DNA from: Chrysomallon squamiferum
Lineage: Eukaryota; Animalia; Mollusca
Assembly (NCBI GenBank): GCA_012295275.1
Contig: CM022677.1
Coordinates: forward strand, 13,702,001 to 13,766,000
DNA: 64,000 bases
Direction of reading: 5' to 3'
Below the pieces are notes generated by a model that saw only the letters and a program-made list of their open reading frames with translations, was not told where the DNA came from and did no database searches. Made by a program: the position numbers and the translations under genes. Numbering within the stretch: position 1 is the first letter of the stretch; every line of letters begins with the position of its first letter. Below, piece by piece: positions 1-12,235 of this stretch.

Positions 1-82
<82 letters not shown>

Positions 83-270
83 GCTGTATGTGTGTGTACC
101 TGTGTCTTGGCTAATTTCCTACATAAATAAAAATAACTGAAATATCAACAAATGATAATAAGCAGAAAAAATGTGTTTGTCGAACAAATGTAGATTGATA
201 AAAAAAGATCATGTTTTTATTAAAATTACTAAACTTTATACTTACTACTGATATTAAATATTTTCTGTAG

Positions 271-370
271 GTCAATTCAGTTTTACTGAGGTGCTGTCTA
301 GAAAGGTAACTTACATCATGGAGAAGGATGAATCAGCTATTACAGAAACCATTCTCATGCATTCTGAATT
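271..370 (+). CDS. Internal coding exon (phase 1 to phase 2) of a gene entering from upstream of the window
   Basis: Acceptor ttttctgtag ends at 270 and donor gtgagt starts at 371. Open frame reads (G)QFSFTEVLSRKVTYIMEKDESAITETILMHSE(L). The end phase matches the exon at 1184. Confidence 0.6.
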
Positions 371-1183
371 GTGAGTTTATTTTAATTTGTGTCTTAGAGA
401 CAAATTTTAATTAACAAAACAGTGTAATAATAATCAGTTATTTGCTGTTTTGTTAATTGTTATTTTTATTATTATATTAACATTATCATTATAATGCTTT
501 ACTTGGTGACATGGGAATTCCCCTAATTGTAAATCTGTGTCTGTCTCGGGCAGGTTCTACCCAAGTTGGTTTGCTCTTCTGGTCAATATTGGATCTATGT
601 ATGCTATATATTATAACACTAGAACAGAACAAACACAAGCACTTTTAAAAACAGTATTCACATAACATTGAACGTTCAACAGTAAAGACTAATATAGATG
701 AATAGAAATGTTGTCATCTGTCACATCAATCACATATGGGTTAATACAATGAAACCAGCAAATGTATAAATAACTAGTTACCAGGTGTGTTTAGGGGACA
801 GCGATGGTTCCACATTTCTCTCCTAACAAAAGAATCTCCAGGCTTTTATAAGAAAAAAAGGGACTTGTTTAATTTGGCAACTTTGAACTTTGCCGCTAGA
901 TGTCTGTCGCCAGATCATTCTGCAAACCAAGAACCTGTAACACTGAGGCATTTTGTTGATTTGGCAGACAGAATCAGTAGTCAGGATACATGACTTTTAC
1001 AGGTGGAAAATTCTTCCCTCACACTTGGTAACATTATTTATTAAAGGGACAAGCTAGGCGAAAAACCAAATCCGTTATCTTTCAGGTTATAGAACTGAAA
1101 AATGTGATTATTTTATGGTATATTTCTATATGTTAAAACATATTTTATGAGTATTTTAAAATGTTTGACTTTCCTGTTACCAG

Positions 1184-1307
1184 ATGGAACTGTCAGCCTT
1201 CACACAGTGTCACTGTTCCTGTGAGGACAGACACACTAAAATACATTGGAGACGGATGTACTGTAGCTGTTGTCTGTAGTTTCTACTGTCTGCAGTCTCT
1301 CATATAA
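1184..1307 (+). CDS. Putative terminal coding exon of the same gene
   Basis: Acceptor ttcctgttaccag ends at 1183. Phase-2 join gives (L)WNCQPSHSVTVPVRTDTLKYIGDGCTVAVVCSFYCLQSLI*, with TAA at 1305-1307 and AATAAA at 1349-1354. Confidence 0.55.
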
Positions 1308-1497
1308 TTTTCATGGTTTGTTTAATATCTTTTGGCACTATTTTTGTAAATAAAATAATATATCAGATGGTAACTTTAAAATTTAGCATTAAATTTATGA
1401 ATATTAATATCTAGTAAGACAGATGGGTTGTTTTTAAATTTTATATTTCATAATTGACAAATTCTTATTTTATTATTAGGTCAGGCTTTCTGTTCGG

Positions 1498-1501
1498 GCT
1501 C

Positions 1502-1585
<84 letters not shown>
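1498..1585. repeat. (CT)n microsatellite
   Basis: Read directly from the sequence. Confidence 0.95.
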
Positions 1586-1587
<2 letters not shown>

Positions 1588-1634
1588 GTTATTAAATATG
1601 TATTGCCTCATTGTTAAGCGAGATAATAATATAT

Positions 1635-1990
1635 TTTAATACGGGACGGGCACGGTCCTTAAATACGAATAACAGCTAATGAAAAACGAAAACGAATAAT
1701 GAGGAGTACACCAATAACGTTATGAACAACGCCGGTACGACGGCAACGACGTCGACATTAACAGAAATTACAGTAATATATTTTAATAGGTGATGCGCCG
1801 ACTCAGAAAGTTTGAGAAAAAATTAATAAAAAGCGCTGTTTTTAAAACATCGTTCTTTTTCATTTATATTTTTATATTTGCACTTTTTGTTCGTGCGGTT
1901 GTTTCTCCTATTTTATTTGTATTGGATGTGTTGTGTGTGTGTATGCGTGAGCGCGTGTGTGTGTTAGTGAGTGAAAGTGTGTGTGTGTTG
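1635..1990 (+). repeat. Dispersed repeat family with CpG-rich core (aataacgttaggaacaacgccggtacgacggcaacgacggcgacattaa-like)
   Basis: Inverted homolog at about 44720-45090, including taataggtgatgcgcc and ttgcacttttYgttcgtgcg. Core units recur at about 32490-32990, 37305-37500, 44950-45520, 51845-52035 and 56270-56790. Confidence 0.75.
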
Positions 1991-3029
1991 TGTGCTTGAG
2001 AGAGAGAGTGATTGAGTGAGAGTGTATGTGTGTGTGTGAGAGAGTGAGTGAATGTGCAAGACTTTGTGTGTGAGAGAGATATTTTCTTCTTCGATTCCGT
2101 TTCTTTCATGTTTTGATTTTAAAATCTTATGTCAGGCAGAATAAGAAGAATAAAATGAAGTAGAATAGTTGAGTGCGCGTGGAACCCCCACCCCAAAACA
2201 CAACAATGATCTGTATTAGCTGTTAATAATACACTTATAACAAGAGAACAGCTTTGTACTTCATGATATTATACACGTTAATTATATTTTACACACAGAC
2301 AGATATATAGATAGGGCAACATTAAGAAACAATGTAAAATAGTTTTAAAATTTCAATGAAATAATGACAGAACAATTTTATTTTTAATCTTATAATTATT
2401 TATTTCAGTTTTATTTTAATTACATATATGCAGCAAACCGCTTTGAAGTGTCCGTTTTATTAAACGTAACGTGTAATTTTACTTTGCTAATTCTAAATCG
2501 TATAATAAAAATGTGTAATTTTACTGTACGTGAAACTTGAATATTATAAACTACAGAAAATATTGATAACCGATATTACTGACAGTTATAAATGGTAATT
2601 CTACATGGCGTTATGAAAATAAGCGGTTTAATTACCTGTAAAAAGAAAAAGGTGAGAATTAATTGCTGGTTGAACAATGATATTTACAGTTTGTAGATTA
2701 AGTATGTTGAAAAAGGTTAATATCATATTTTATTAATATCGTATATTTATATCAGGTTATATATAAAAATATCAGAGATAATTCCCTGGAATCACGAAAG
2801 AGTGTACTGATTAGCTGAGAACAAACGAGTTTAACTTGTTATTTTATTATGCGAATTTAAATGTTTTCATTACATTCATTAAAAGGTGTACATCAGCGCA
2901 AGTTGTATAGTGTAATATATTTTACATTTCTGATTATATCTGAAGTTCTCTTACATTAGATATTAATATAGCCGCTTCACCAGTAATAATCTATATAACA
3001 AGGAAGCAGACACCATAATTGTCCTGATT

Positions 3030-3545
3030 TTTTGTCAACATCAGAACAATAACAACGATAATAATATCTTTATTTTTTATTTTGTTTTTATTTTTCTGTA
3101 AAAACGCAAGCTTCCTATATATGTCTGACGCTATTCTCTTAGTTTCATTAGAACTGTTCTGAGTGCGGATATAAAAATTACTTCGAATTTTTTATTAGGC
3201 CTCGTAAAGTTATCAGAGAAATCAGATTTATTCTTAGTGTATTGTTTCTGTCGAGATAAAAAATAAATACTTCTTTTTTAAAAAAGTATATAATAATGAT
3301 AATAATAATAATAAATTGATTTATTTATAATGTAATTACATGAGAAATCTTGAACTTTTCATAAAGCCACAGTTAACTATAAAATTATCGCTGTTTACAC
3401 TGATAAAGTTACCCATCGATAACAAAATAAGACGCAAGTTTTTAAACGTCTGTATTATTTATATGAGAAATTAAAATTACATTAATTAGAGATTATCAGT
3501 TATATTATTGAATAAACATGGAATTTCATTCTAGATTAACTTACT
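3030..3545 (+). repeat. About 500-bp dispersed repeat, diverged copy
   Basis: Shares aagcttcctatatatgtYtgacgctat and gcggatataaaaattacttc with about 58005-58500 (direct) and about 30530-31030 (inverted). Confidence 0.75.
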
Positions 3546-3769
3546 TTTCTTAGTGTTTAAAAAAAATCTGATATATTCTTAATTACATAATTTGATTAAT
3601 TTGAATTTTAGATTAATCATGTAATTTCAGGTAGGGAGAGATGTAAATTGTGTCGCGGAATGTCATGTTACTGCTGTCATAAAACAAAGTATCATATTGT
3701 GACACTGAAAGGTGCACAGTTAATTTTCAGTAATATCAATACAATAGTAAATACAACATTCATCTAGCA

Positions 3770-4645
3770 CAGTGGTTCTCAACCTTTTTTTTGTCAACGG
3801 CACACCTTAGAACACATGAAAATATAGCGGCACACCTGGCTAAATATATATGAAAAATATTTGAATTTTGTAAAGTCATAGACGGCATAGAACCATAGAC
3901 CCAGCCTAGTCATAGACACCTAGAATGACTCAAACTAAATAAAGAAAAACACAGCTGTAACTCACTTCAATGCAGTGTTTTGAATTTCATCAGTCAAATA
4001 GCTGGCTTCTTTAGTGAGAAATTTGTGCCTAGTAATCTCTCGTGCTTCATGTTTTTGATGTTGTCTAATTCACATATATAAGTAGTTGAAAATTGTAATA
4101 AAATTTCTAAAACTTTTTTACATAATATGGGATACACCTCTTGTATTGAAATCCAAAATGAATCAATGGGCAGAGTCGAATGTTTTAATTTTAAGGTCAT
4201 TAGAAAGTGCGGCCAATTCTTCTTCTTCCTGTAACTCAAGTTCAATGTTGGAAGAATGATTTATGAAAGGATCTCTAATCCAGTCAAACTTTTCTGTCTT
4301 TAATGACGGAAATATATTGTTGATGCTTTCGTTCTGGGCTGTCAGATGAGTAAACACAATAGGGATCATTTCTCTAATGCAGGTAGAACGCAATAAAGGG
4401 AACATATAAAGGTTGACAGTGATTGCTCTTTTTTTTCCAAAATCACTATTTTCTTTTTGAGAGCAACTAACTTGTCTGTTGAAGTGAGAATATTTTCGTT
4501 TTTACCTTGCATTCTACTGTTTGTTTTATTTATGGATCACGTGGTTTTTCGCATTTTCTTAGTGTGCCGTTCAAAATTTTGCGGCACACATAGGAAAATC
4601 TCGTGGCACACCTGTGCGCCGCGGCACACTGGTTGAGAATCACTG
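3770..4645 (-). mobile_element. Internally deleted hAT transposon (Buster/Charlie, ZBED8/SCAND3-like)
   Basis: 15-bp TIRs cagtggttctcaacc (3770) and ggttgagaatcactg (4631-4645) match 14/15. Repeated subterminal gcggcacac motifs at both ends. Internal transposase remnants are present. Confidence 0.9.
3994..4405 (-). pseudogene. hAT transposase C-terminal (dimerisation domain) remnant, frameshifted
   Basis: Peptides FPSLKTEKFDWIRDPF..ELQEEEELAALSND and FWISIQEVYPILCKKVLEILLQFSTTYICE, in two frames, match Buster-type hAT motifs (W.RDPF; FW....EYP.L...A...L..F.TTY.CE). Confidence 0.85.
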
Positions 4646-5409
4646 AATTAATGTTATACTAATCATGTTATAAAGCAGAATATTGATAAACATTATTTAC
4701 ACCTCAAAGTATTTGTGTAAACTGTTTAACAAATATAAATTGATTGACAAGATAAATATATGTAATTATTTAAAATCATATTACAAAACTCATTTTTAAA
4801 ATCTCTAATAATGCTTGCAGAAGGCAAGGACTGGAAAATGGATGAAAAACAAATAAAAAATAAATAAAGAAAGAAAGAAATTCATAGCTTAATTTATGTG
4901 TTTGTTGTGTACGTGTGTTTTTGTATGCAAATGTAAACACACATCATGGATTCATATATATTTTATTTATACTCGTCAATATTCAGTCGATTTTCAGAGG
5001 CTTACCTCTATCAGACAGTGTGTAAGTGCATGCGTGCATGTGTATGTATGTGTATGCACGGATAGACAGATAGATCAGATAGATCAGATAGATCCTGAAG
5101 CCACTATCAGTAATTGCAATATATGATCACTAGATAAGTTTCTATATTTTCAGTCGGTAAACAAAAACAATATTACTTTTTTAAATATTTAATTACCAGT
5201 TTAATCTTAAAAGCCCCTAGTGCTTGTACAAACTTCAGCCTGTTTATCAGTAGCTCCATCCATATGCAGGACAGACAGTCGGTGTGTGGGTGGATAGGAT
5301 AAAAACGGGTGAGCTTAGGGTCCCGGACAGAAAAGGTGAGTTGAACACAAGCCCTCCCGCCCTACCCCGACATTTTTCGAGATTCCATTTATCACATATG
5401 GATAATTAG

Positions 5410-6835
5410 CGTACGTAAGCTTAGTGAGTACATCTCACGTAAGGGAGATAACTGTAATCGATACAATTTTCACTTTGCTTAGTGAGTACATCTCACATAA
5501 GGGACATAACTCTAATCTATGTTTGTGAACACATATCACTAAAGGGAGATAAGTCTAATCGATATAATTTTTAATTTGTTTACATCTCATGTAAGGGACC
5601 TAACTCTAATCCAGGTTTGTGAGCACATATCACTCAACTGTAATCAATATAGCCTTTACTTCGCCGAGTAAACTCCTCCCACCTCTGGTGACACATCATG
5701 GGGTTTGACCCATGTTATATACAGGGTGGCCCAGATGTAACCGAACCTGAATTGTTATGAAAAGTTACAGTTAAATGAAACAAATTTGATTTCATATAGT
5801 TACAGCAAATGTTCAAAATGCAAACCATTATTTGTAATACAGTGATGACATCGTTCAATGGTTGATTCTGTTACTTTTTTGCACATTTCCGTGAAGCAGA
5901 CTTGAAATCAGTGATCATCGATTGAGCTTTCGGGTTCGGTTACATCTGGGCCACCCTGTATAAAGAAAGAGATGTTTCCACAATATTTCGTAGATGAGTC
6001 TGGAATCGGAAAGTACTGCTGATGTCTCCAAAAACGCTGAGATTCAATCCCACGATCTCACGCACATGAACATGCTTACAAGAAACATTATAGTTTCAAC
6101 TTGGTTCTGTACCTTCACAAGCTGTGTGAGGGTGGGGTACTAGGGCAGGGGGGCAGGGGCCATGCGTTTTTATTTCTTAAACTATTTTTTTTTATTCTGC
6201 TGTTACAATCTTCTATTATGTGAATAATGTTTTTATTATAATTATTTTTTCATAACTTGGCTGAATAATTAAATAGCATTTCTTTAGCACTTAACTAAAT
6301 GAATTAAATGAAACAGAAATATAAATTAGAAACTACATCATTATTCTTTTTTATTTCATTTTTCAAGATAACTCTAATCGATATAATTCCCACTTTGCTT
6401 AGTGAATACATCTCACGTAAGGGACATAACTCTAATCTACCATTGTGAGCACATATCACTAAACTGTAATCAATATAGCCTTTACTTCGCCGAGTAAACT
6501 CCTCCCACCTCTGGTGACACATCACGGGGTATGACCCATGTTATATATAAAGAAAGTGATGTTTCCACAATATTTCGTAGATGAATCTGGAATCAGATTC
6601 CATCGGATTCCAAAAGTACTGCTGATGTCTCCAAAAACGCCGAGATTCAATCCCACGATCTCACACATATGAACATGCTTACAAGAAACATAAAAGTTTG
6701 AACTTGGTTCAGTATCTTCACAAGCTGTTAGGGTGGGGTACTAGGGCAGGGGGGTAGGGGCCATGCGTTTTTATTTCTTAAACTATTTTTTTTATTATTA
6801 TTGTTCTGCTGTTACCATCTTCTATATTGAATAAA
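5410..6835 (+). repeat. Local tandem duplication (copy A about 5450-6230, copy B about 6368-6830)
   Basis: Near-identical blocks, for example actgtaatcaatatagcctttacttcgccgagtaaactcctcccacctctggtgacacatca and gtactagggcaggggg, occur in both copies. Confidence 0.9.
5722..5958 (-). mobile_element. Non-autonomous Tc1/mariner-superfamily element (237 bp)
   Basis: Perfect 26-bp TIRs cagggtggcccagatgtaaccgaacc with TA on both sides. Minus-strand interior encodes a transposase C-terminus ..EMCKKVTESTIERCHHCITNNGLHFEHLL*. The empty site is present in copy B at about 6537-6556. Confidence 0.92.
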
Positions 6836-6960
6836 AAATGTCTTAATAATAGTTACCAGCCAATATATTCACAAATAGAGTTATTTCCCTTTAATACGAA
6901 AACGAATACTTTCTTGGATGACGTTATCTCCCCTTTCTTATATTATAAAAGGGTTTATCA

Positions 6961-8505
6961 GATAACTCTATATAGGAATATATTCGTATAGAGAAAAATG
7001 TAACAAAGGGGAGATAAATCTATATAGGAATATATTCGTTTTAACCTGACTAATCAAGAAGAAAAATGTAACAAAGGGGACATAACTCTATATAGGAATA
7101 TGTTCGTTTTAACCTGAATAATCAAGGAGAAAAATGTACCAAAGGGGGACATAACTCTATCCCAGAGGATATTCGTTTTCATGTTAAAGGGAGATAAATC
7201 TATATAGGAATATGTTCGTTTTAACCTGAATAATCAAGGAGTAAAATGTACCAAAGGGGAAATAACTCTATCCGAGAGGTTATTCGTTTTCATGTTAAAG
7301 GGAGATAACTCTATATAGGAATATGTTCGTTTTAACCTGAATAATCAAGGAGGAAAATCTAACAAAGAGGACATAACTCTATATAGGAATATGTTCGTTT
7401 TAACCTGAATAATCAAGAGAAAAATGTAACGAAGGGGAGATAACTCTATATAGGAATATGTTCGTTTTAACCTGAATAATCAAGAGTAAAATGTAACAAA
7501 GGGGAGATAACTCTATCCGAGAGGTTATTCGTTTTCATGTTAAAGGGAGATAAATCTATATAGGAATATGTTCGTTTTAACCTGAATAATCAAGGAGAAA
7601 AATGTAACAAAGGGGACATAACTCTATATAGGAATATGTTCGTTTTAACCTGAATAATCAAGGAGAAAAATGTAACAAAGGGGACATAACTCTATATAGG
7701 AATATGTTCGTTTTGAAACCTGAATAATCAAGGAGTTTTAACCTGAATAATCAAGGAGAGAAAATGTAACAAAGGGGAGATAACTCTATCCGAGAGGTTC
7801 GTTTTAATGTTTTCATGTTAAAGGGAGATAACTCTATATAGGAATATGTTCGTTTTAACCTGAATAATCAAGAGAGAAAAATGTAACAAAGGGGAGATAA
7901 CTCTATATAGGAATATGTTCGTTTTAACCTGAATAATCAAGGAGAAAAATGTAACAAAGGGGAGATAACTCTATATAGGAATATGTTCGTTTTAACCTGA
8001 ATAATCAAGGAGAAAAATGTAACAAAGGGGAGATAACTCTATCCGAGAGGATATTCGTTTTCATGTTAAAGGGAGATAAATCTATATAGGAATATGTTCG
8101 TTTTAACCTGAATAATCAAGGAGAAAAATGTAACAAAGGGGAGATAACTCTATCCGAGAGGATATTCGTTTTCATTTTAAAGGGAATAAATCTAAGGAGG
8201 AATATGTTCGTTTTAACCTGAATAATCAAGGAGAAAAATGTCAAAGGGAGGATAACCTCCATCCGAGAGGTTTTCATGTTAAAGGGAGATAAATCTATAT
8301 AGGAATATGTTCGTTTTAACCTGAATAATCAAGGAGAAAAATGTAACAAAGGGGAGATACCTCCATCCGAGAGGTTATTCGTTTTCATGTTAAAGGGAGA
8401 TAAATCTATATAGGAATATGTTCGTTTTAACCTGAATAATCAAGGAGAAAAATGTAACAAAGGGGAGATACCTCCATCCGAGAGGTTATTCGTTTTCACG
8501 TTAAA
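6961..8505 (+). repeat. Composite satellite of related 68-bp (A) and 43-bp (B) monomers
   Basis: A = gataactctatataggaatatgttcgttttaacctgaataatcaaggagaaaaatgtaacaaagggga; B = gataactctatccgagaggttattcgttttcatgttaaaggga. About 26 monomers counted by eye. Confidence 0.95.
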
Positions 8506-9870
8506 AGGAGAGAATATCAATATATTCGCTTGTGATTAATGTTCAGTATATTTTCAGCCAATGGAATCCAGTAATTTAATTGAATTTAATTAGTGGACAC
8601 TGCTTAATCATTTGATAAGCATTTTAAATAATGAATGCTTTTTACATTAAAATTATAGATCAGATGGAAATATTTATAGGATATTCTTTTTTTGTTATAT
8701 TAATATATCAATATCTAAAAGGTAAATAACATCTTTTTTATATTAATAATAATATTTCAATGTTGAAAATATCTAATTTGTTGAAATCTAAAATTTACAA
8801 AACGAAAATTTATATTTTGATATAACTCTTAACTTGAAATATGATAAGGATAGTGAGAACTTAAAAATACAAGAATTATGGTCTACATTATACTTTTGTC
8901 CGATGGTAAAAGGAGAAACAAATGAATATTAAATATAATAAACAATAAAATATTTCTTAATAATAGTTACCAGCGAATATATTCACAAATAGAGTTATTT
9001 TCCTTTAATATGAAAACGAATACTTTATCGGATGGAGTTATCTCCGCTTTCTTACATTAAAAAAGGGTTTATCAGAATTACTTGATATGAAATCAGTTTG
9101 TGGAAATATGTGAATAGAAGATTCATCAAAGTTTGTGAAAATATTTAATGTAATAAAACATTTATTATTGATTCATTATGCCACTATTTGTTATTTTTCG
9201 TTTAAAATTATTATCAAAATTATCAATCATTAATTTAATATATATTCTTAAAATTTAATTTCATATCATTTCTTTAGCACTTAACTAAATGAATTAAATG
9301 AAACAGAAATCTAAATTACAAAATACATCATTATTAATTTTTTTTTTCCTTTTTCAAAATTTGTTCTGTTGTTGTTAATGTTGTTAACCATTATCATCGT
9401 TATATTCATTCCTATTAATGGACAACAGAGTTATTTCCCTTAGACTACTTTCTCTATGAAATTGACTAATTATTATTATTATTAGTAGTAGTAGTATCTC
9501 TGTTTGTGCATTCTTAGTTTATTTCATACATTTAAAATGTTTCTTTACTAAAAACTTAATATTTATTCATTCATACTATTCAGAATAAAAATAAGAATTT
9601 AAATTTATTACGACATTCCGTTTTGATACGTGAAAATTTGTATATATTATTTATTATAATTAGAGAAAGAGATATTTGGGTTTCACTACGACTAAGATTG
9701 TACGTTTTCATGAAAATTTCATTTCACTGTAAAAATGTAGCATAAAAATTTCAATTACATATAAATACTGTTTTTCTGCCATTTCATACTGACACATTTA
9801 AATTTCACAGATATAATGATTTCTAGAGCGCGGAATGTAACATCAATTCAGGTGTTTAAAAGTGTAATTA

Positions 9871-9908
<38 letters not shown>

Positions 9909-10109
9909 GTGTGTGTGTGTGTCATCTTTCTTTCATTTTTGTTTGTTTTTATTTTTGTTGTTGATATTATTGCTAACACTGTTATTTATTTTACTGTGGT
10001 ACATAATTATTACTATTTTTGTTATTGTTATTATTGCTAATATTGGTGTTATAGCTGTTGCTTTTGCTGTTAGTTAATTTTGGTTTAGGCAGAATTGATA
10101 AGTTTGTGT

Positions 10110-10725
10110 GGAGAGAAGAAAGCGAGTTACAGAGAGAGTTAGAGAGAAAAAGACAGAGACAGAAAAACACATGGAGAGAGATACAGAGACAGACAGACAG
10201 ACAGACAGAGAGAGAAAGAGACACAGATAGTGTCAGAAAGACAGAGAGAAAAAGTGAGTCAGAGACACAGTCAAAGAGAGAAAAAAAGTGAGAGAGACAG
10301 TGATATAAAGAGAGACAGATAGGGACTGAGACAGAGGGAGAAAGAGACAGAGAAAAAGAGACAGGGACATAGGGAGATAGAGAGAGATGGAGAGATAAAG
10401 AGATATAGCAGAGAGAAAAAGAGATTCAGAACAGATAGAGACAGAGAGATTCTGAGAGAGACAGAGACAGAGGGAGAAAGAGAGATTCAGAGAGACAGAG
10501 AGATATAGAGAGAGACCGAGAAAGAAAGACTGAGAGAGACAGACAGAGAGTGGAAGAGAGAGAAAGAGAGAGAAAGAGAGAAAGAGAGACAGTGATAGAG
10601 GGAAAGAGAGACAGAGAGAGATAGACACAGACCGAGAGAGTCACACAGAGAGACAGAGATAGACAGAGAGAGAAAGAGAGATAAGAGAAAGAGATAGAGT
10701 GAGAGAAGGCGAGAGACAGAGAGAA
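10110..10725. repeat. Degenerate purine-rich (GA)/(GACA) simple repeat
   Basis: Read directly. It generates the spurious SLSL/ERER ORFs in this interval. Confidence 0.9.
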
Positions 10726-11413
10726 AGATACTAACCATTAAGAAAATACTAATCATTAACCAAATACTAACCTTTAACCAAATACTAACCATTACTAACA
10801 TCCCCTACATGTACTAAACCTCACCATGGTGTAGGGGTGGCAACATTTCCAAAGGGAATGGCTAATTAGTACATTAATATAATAACATTATTTTGGTTAG
10901 ATAGATAGACAGATAGATAGATTATGATAGATAAATAGAAATACCTACATACAGATATAGTTACTGAAGATAGATGAACAGATGGATACATAGGGTATTG
11001 CTACTTTTTCTAATTTTGAATACAGTGTCATTACTTTGAAAGCTCTTTCTATATACAGATAGACAGGTCAACAGAGCATAGACAGAAGTGTATGTACTTA
11101 AGAATAAGTTATGACATATAAATATTTCCCTCTGGCTTTCACTGTCCAAATTACTCATCCTTACTTACCTGCATGTTTCTATCTATCTATCTGTCTATCT
11201 ATATATTTGTTTTATTTCATCATCAATTTCTCTGGCTATTTTTCTATCTATGTATCTGTCTGTTTGTTGATCAACCTGTGGTGTAGCTTAATCTTATTAC
11301 CTGTCTAGCTAACCATTCATTCATCACTATATCCATTTACCTATATATATATATATATATATATTTGGAAAAATAATGATTATTTCTATTACATTTTATT
11401 ATTGTATGTACAG

Positions 11414-11546
11414 GAAAGACAACATTCTGGAATCAGCTTCAGTTACAAGAATAGGGAGAAAAATTTAAACAGATGAGGTGGTGTCTACTGATATGGAACA
11501 ATTATTATTCACAAAAGATGGATTTTTCTTTCCAAAGCAGTTTCCT
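11414..11546 (+). pseudogene. Orphan paralogous copy of the 19128 exon
   Basis: Acceptor tatgtacag. Frame KDNILESASVTRIGRKI*TDEVVSTDMEQLLFTKDGFFFPKQFP has one stop. Shares ttctggaatcagcttcagttacaagaata and atggatttttctttccaaagcagtttcc with 19128-19255. Confidence 0.65.
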
Positions 11547-11640
11547 AACCTATCAATCTATTTTTCAAGCGATCAATACGTCTAACTATCTCTACATCAA
11601 GCTATCTTACCCTCTCAGTTACAAATAGCACAGTCTATTT

Positions 11641-11671
<31 letters not shown>

Positions 11672-11886
11672 TTACGTATACACTCTCTCTATTTATATCA
11701 TATTTAATTATTTAAATACATTTTTTTATCTATTTATCTATCTATAAATATATTTATTTATCTATCTATTTATCCCATATACATAAGTAACAGACTTGGA
11801 CTTTCTTACAGGATGCAGTATATACTCATGCCTCCTTGCATCTATCTAGCTTTCTTCTGTCTATCAATTTACCTCTCTATCCACCC

Positions 11887-11928
<42 letters not shown>

Positions 11929-11978
11929 CCTAATCATCTTTAAACACACAAATAAATTATTATCATTACTATACATTA

Positions 11979-12028
<50 letters not shown>

Positions 12029-12235
12029 CCCATTTCTTAACACACGTCTATCTATATGTCTGTCAGTCTGTCTACAAATCAATCTACCAAACTAGTAACA
12101 TACCTACCTATCAGTTTATCTCTCTAGCTTATACGTCTATTTTTCAATAACCATGTATCAATAATATGTCCAGCTCCCTGAATATCTAACTATGTACTAC
12201 TTCAAACCTCGCTATCTTGCTGAATGTCTGTCTAT

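Noticed and set aside
787-993. 68-aa ORF between the two upstream exons
   Set aside because: GTG start, no recognisable motif, and exons 271-370 and 1184-1307 already join in frame without it.
6961-8505. CRISPR-like appearance (constant anchor with intervening sequence)
   Set aside because: The intervening parts are only two recurring types rather than unique spacers. The context is eukaryotic with no cas genes, so this is a satellite.
11412-11430. GKTT Walker-A motif at the start of the 11414 exon
   Set aside because: It appears only in an alternative frame. The paralog at 19128 has a stop there, and the phase-2 KDNILES frame fits both copies and the upstream join.
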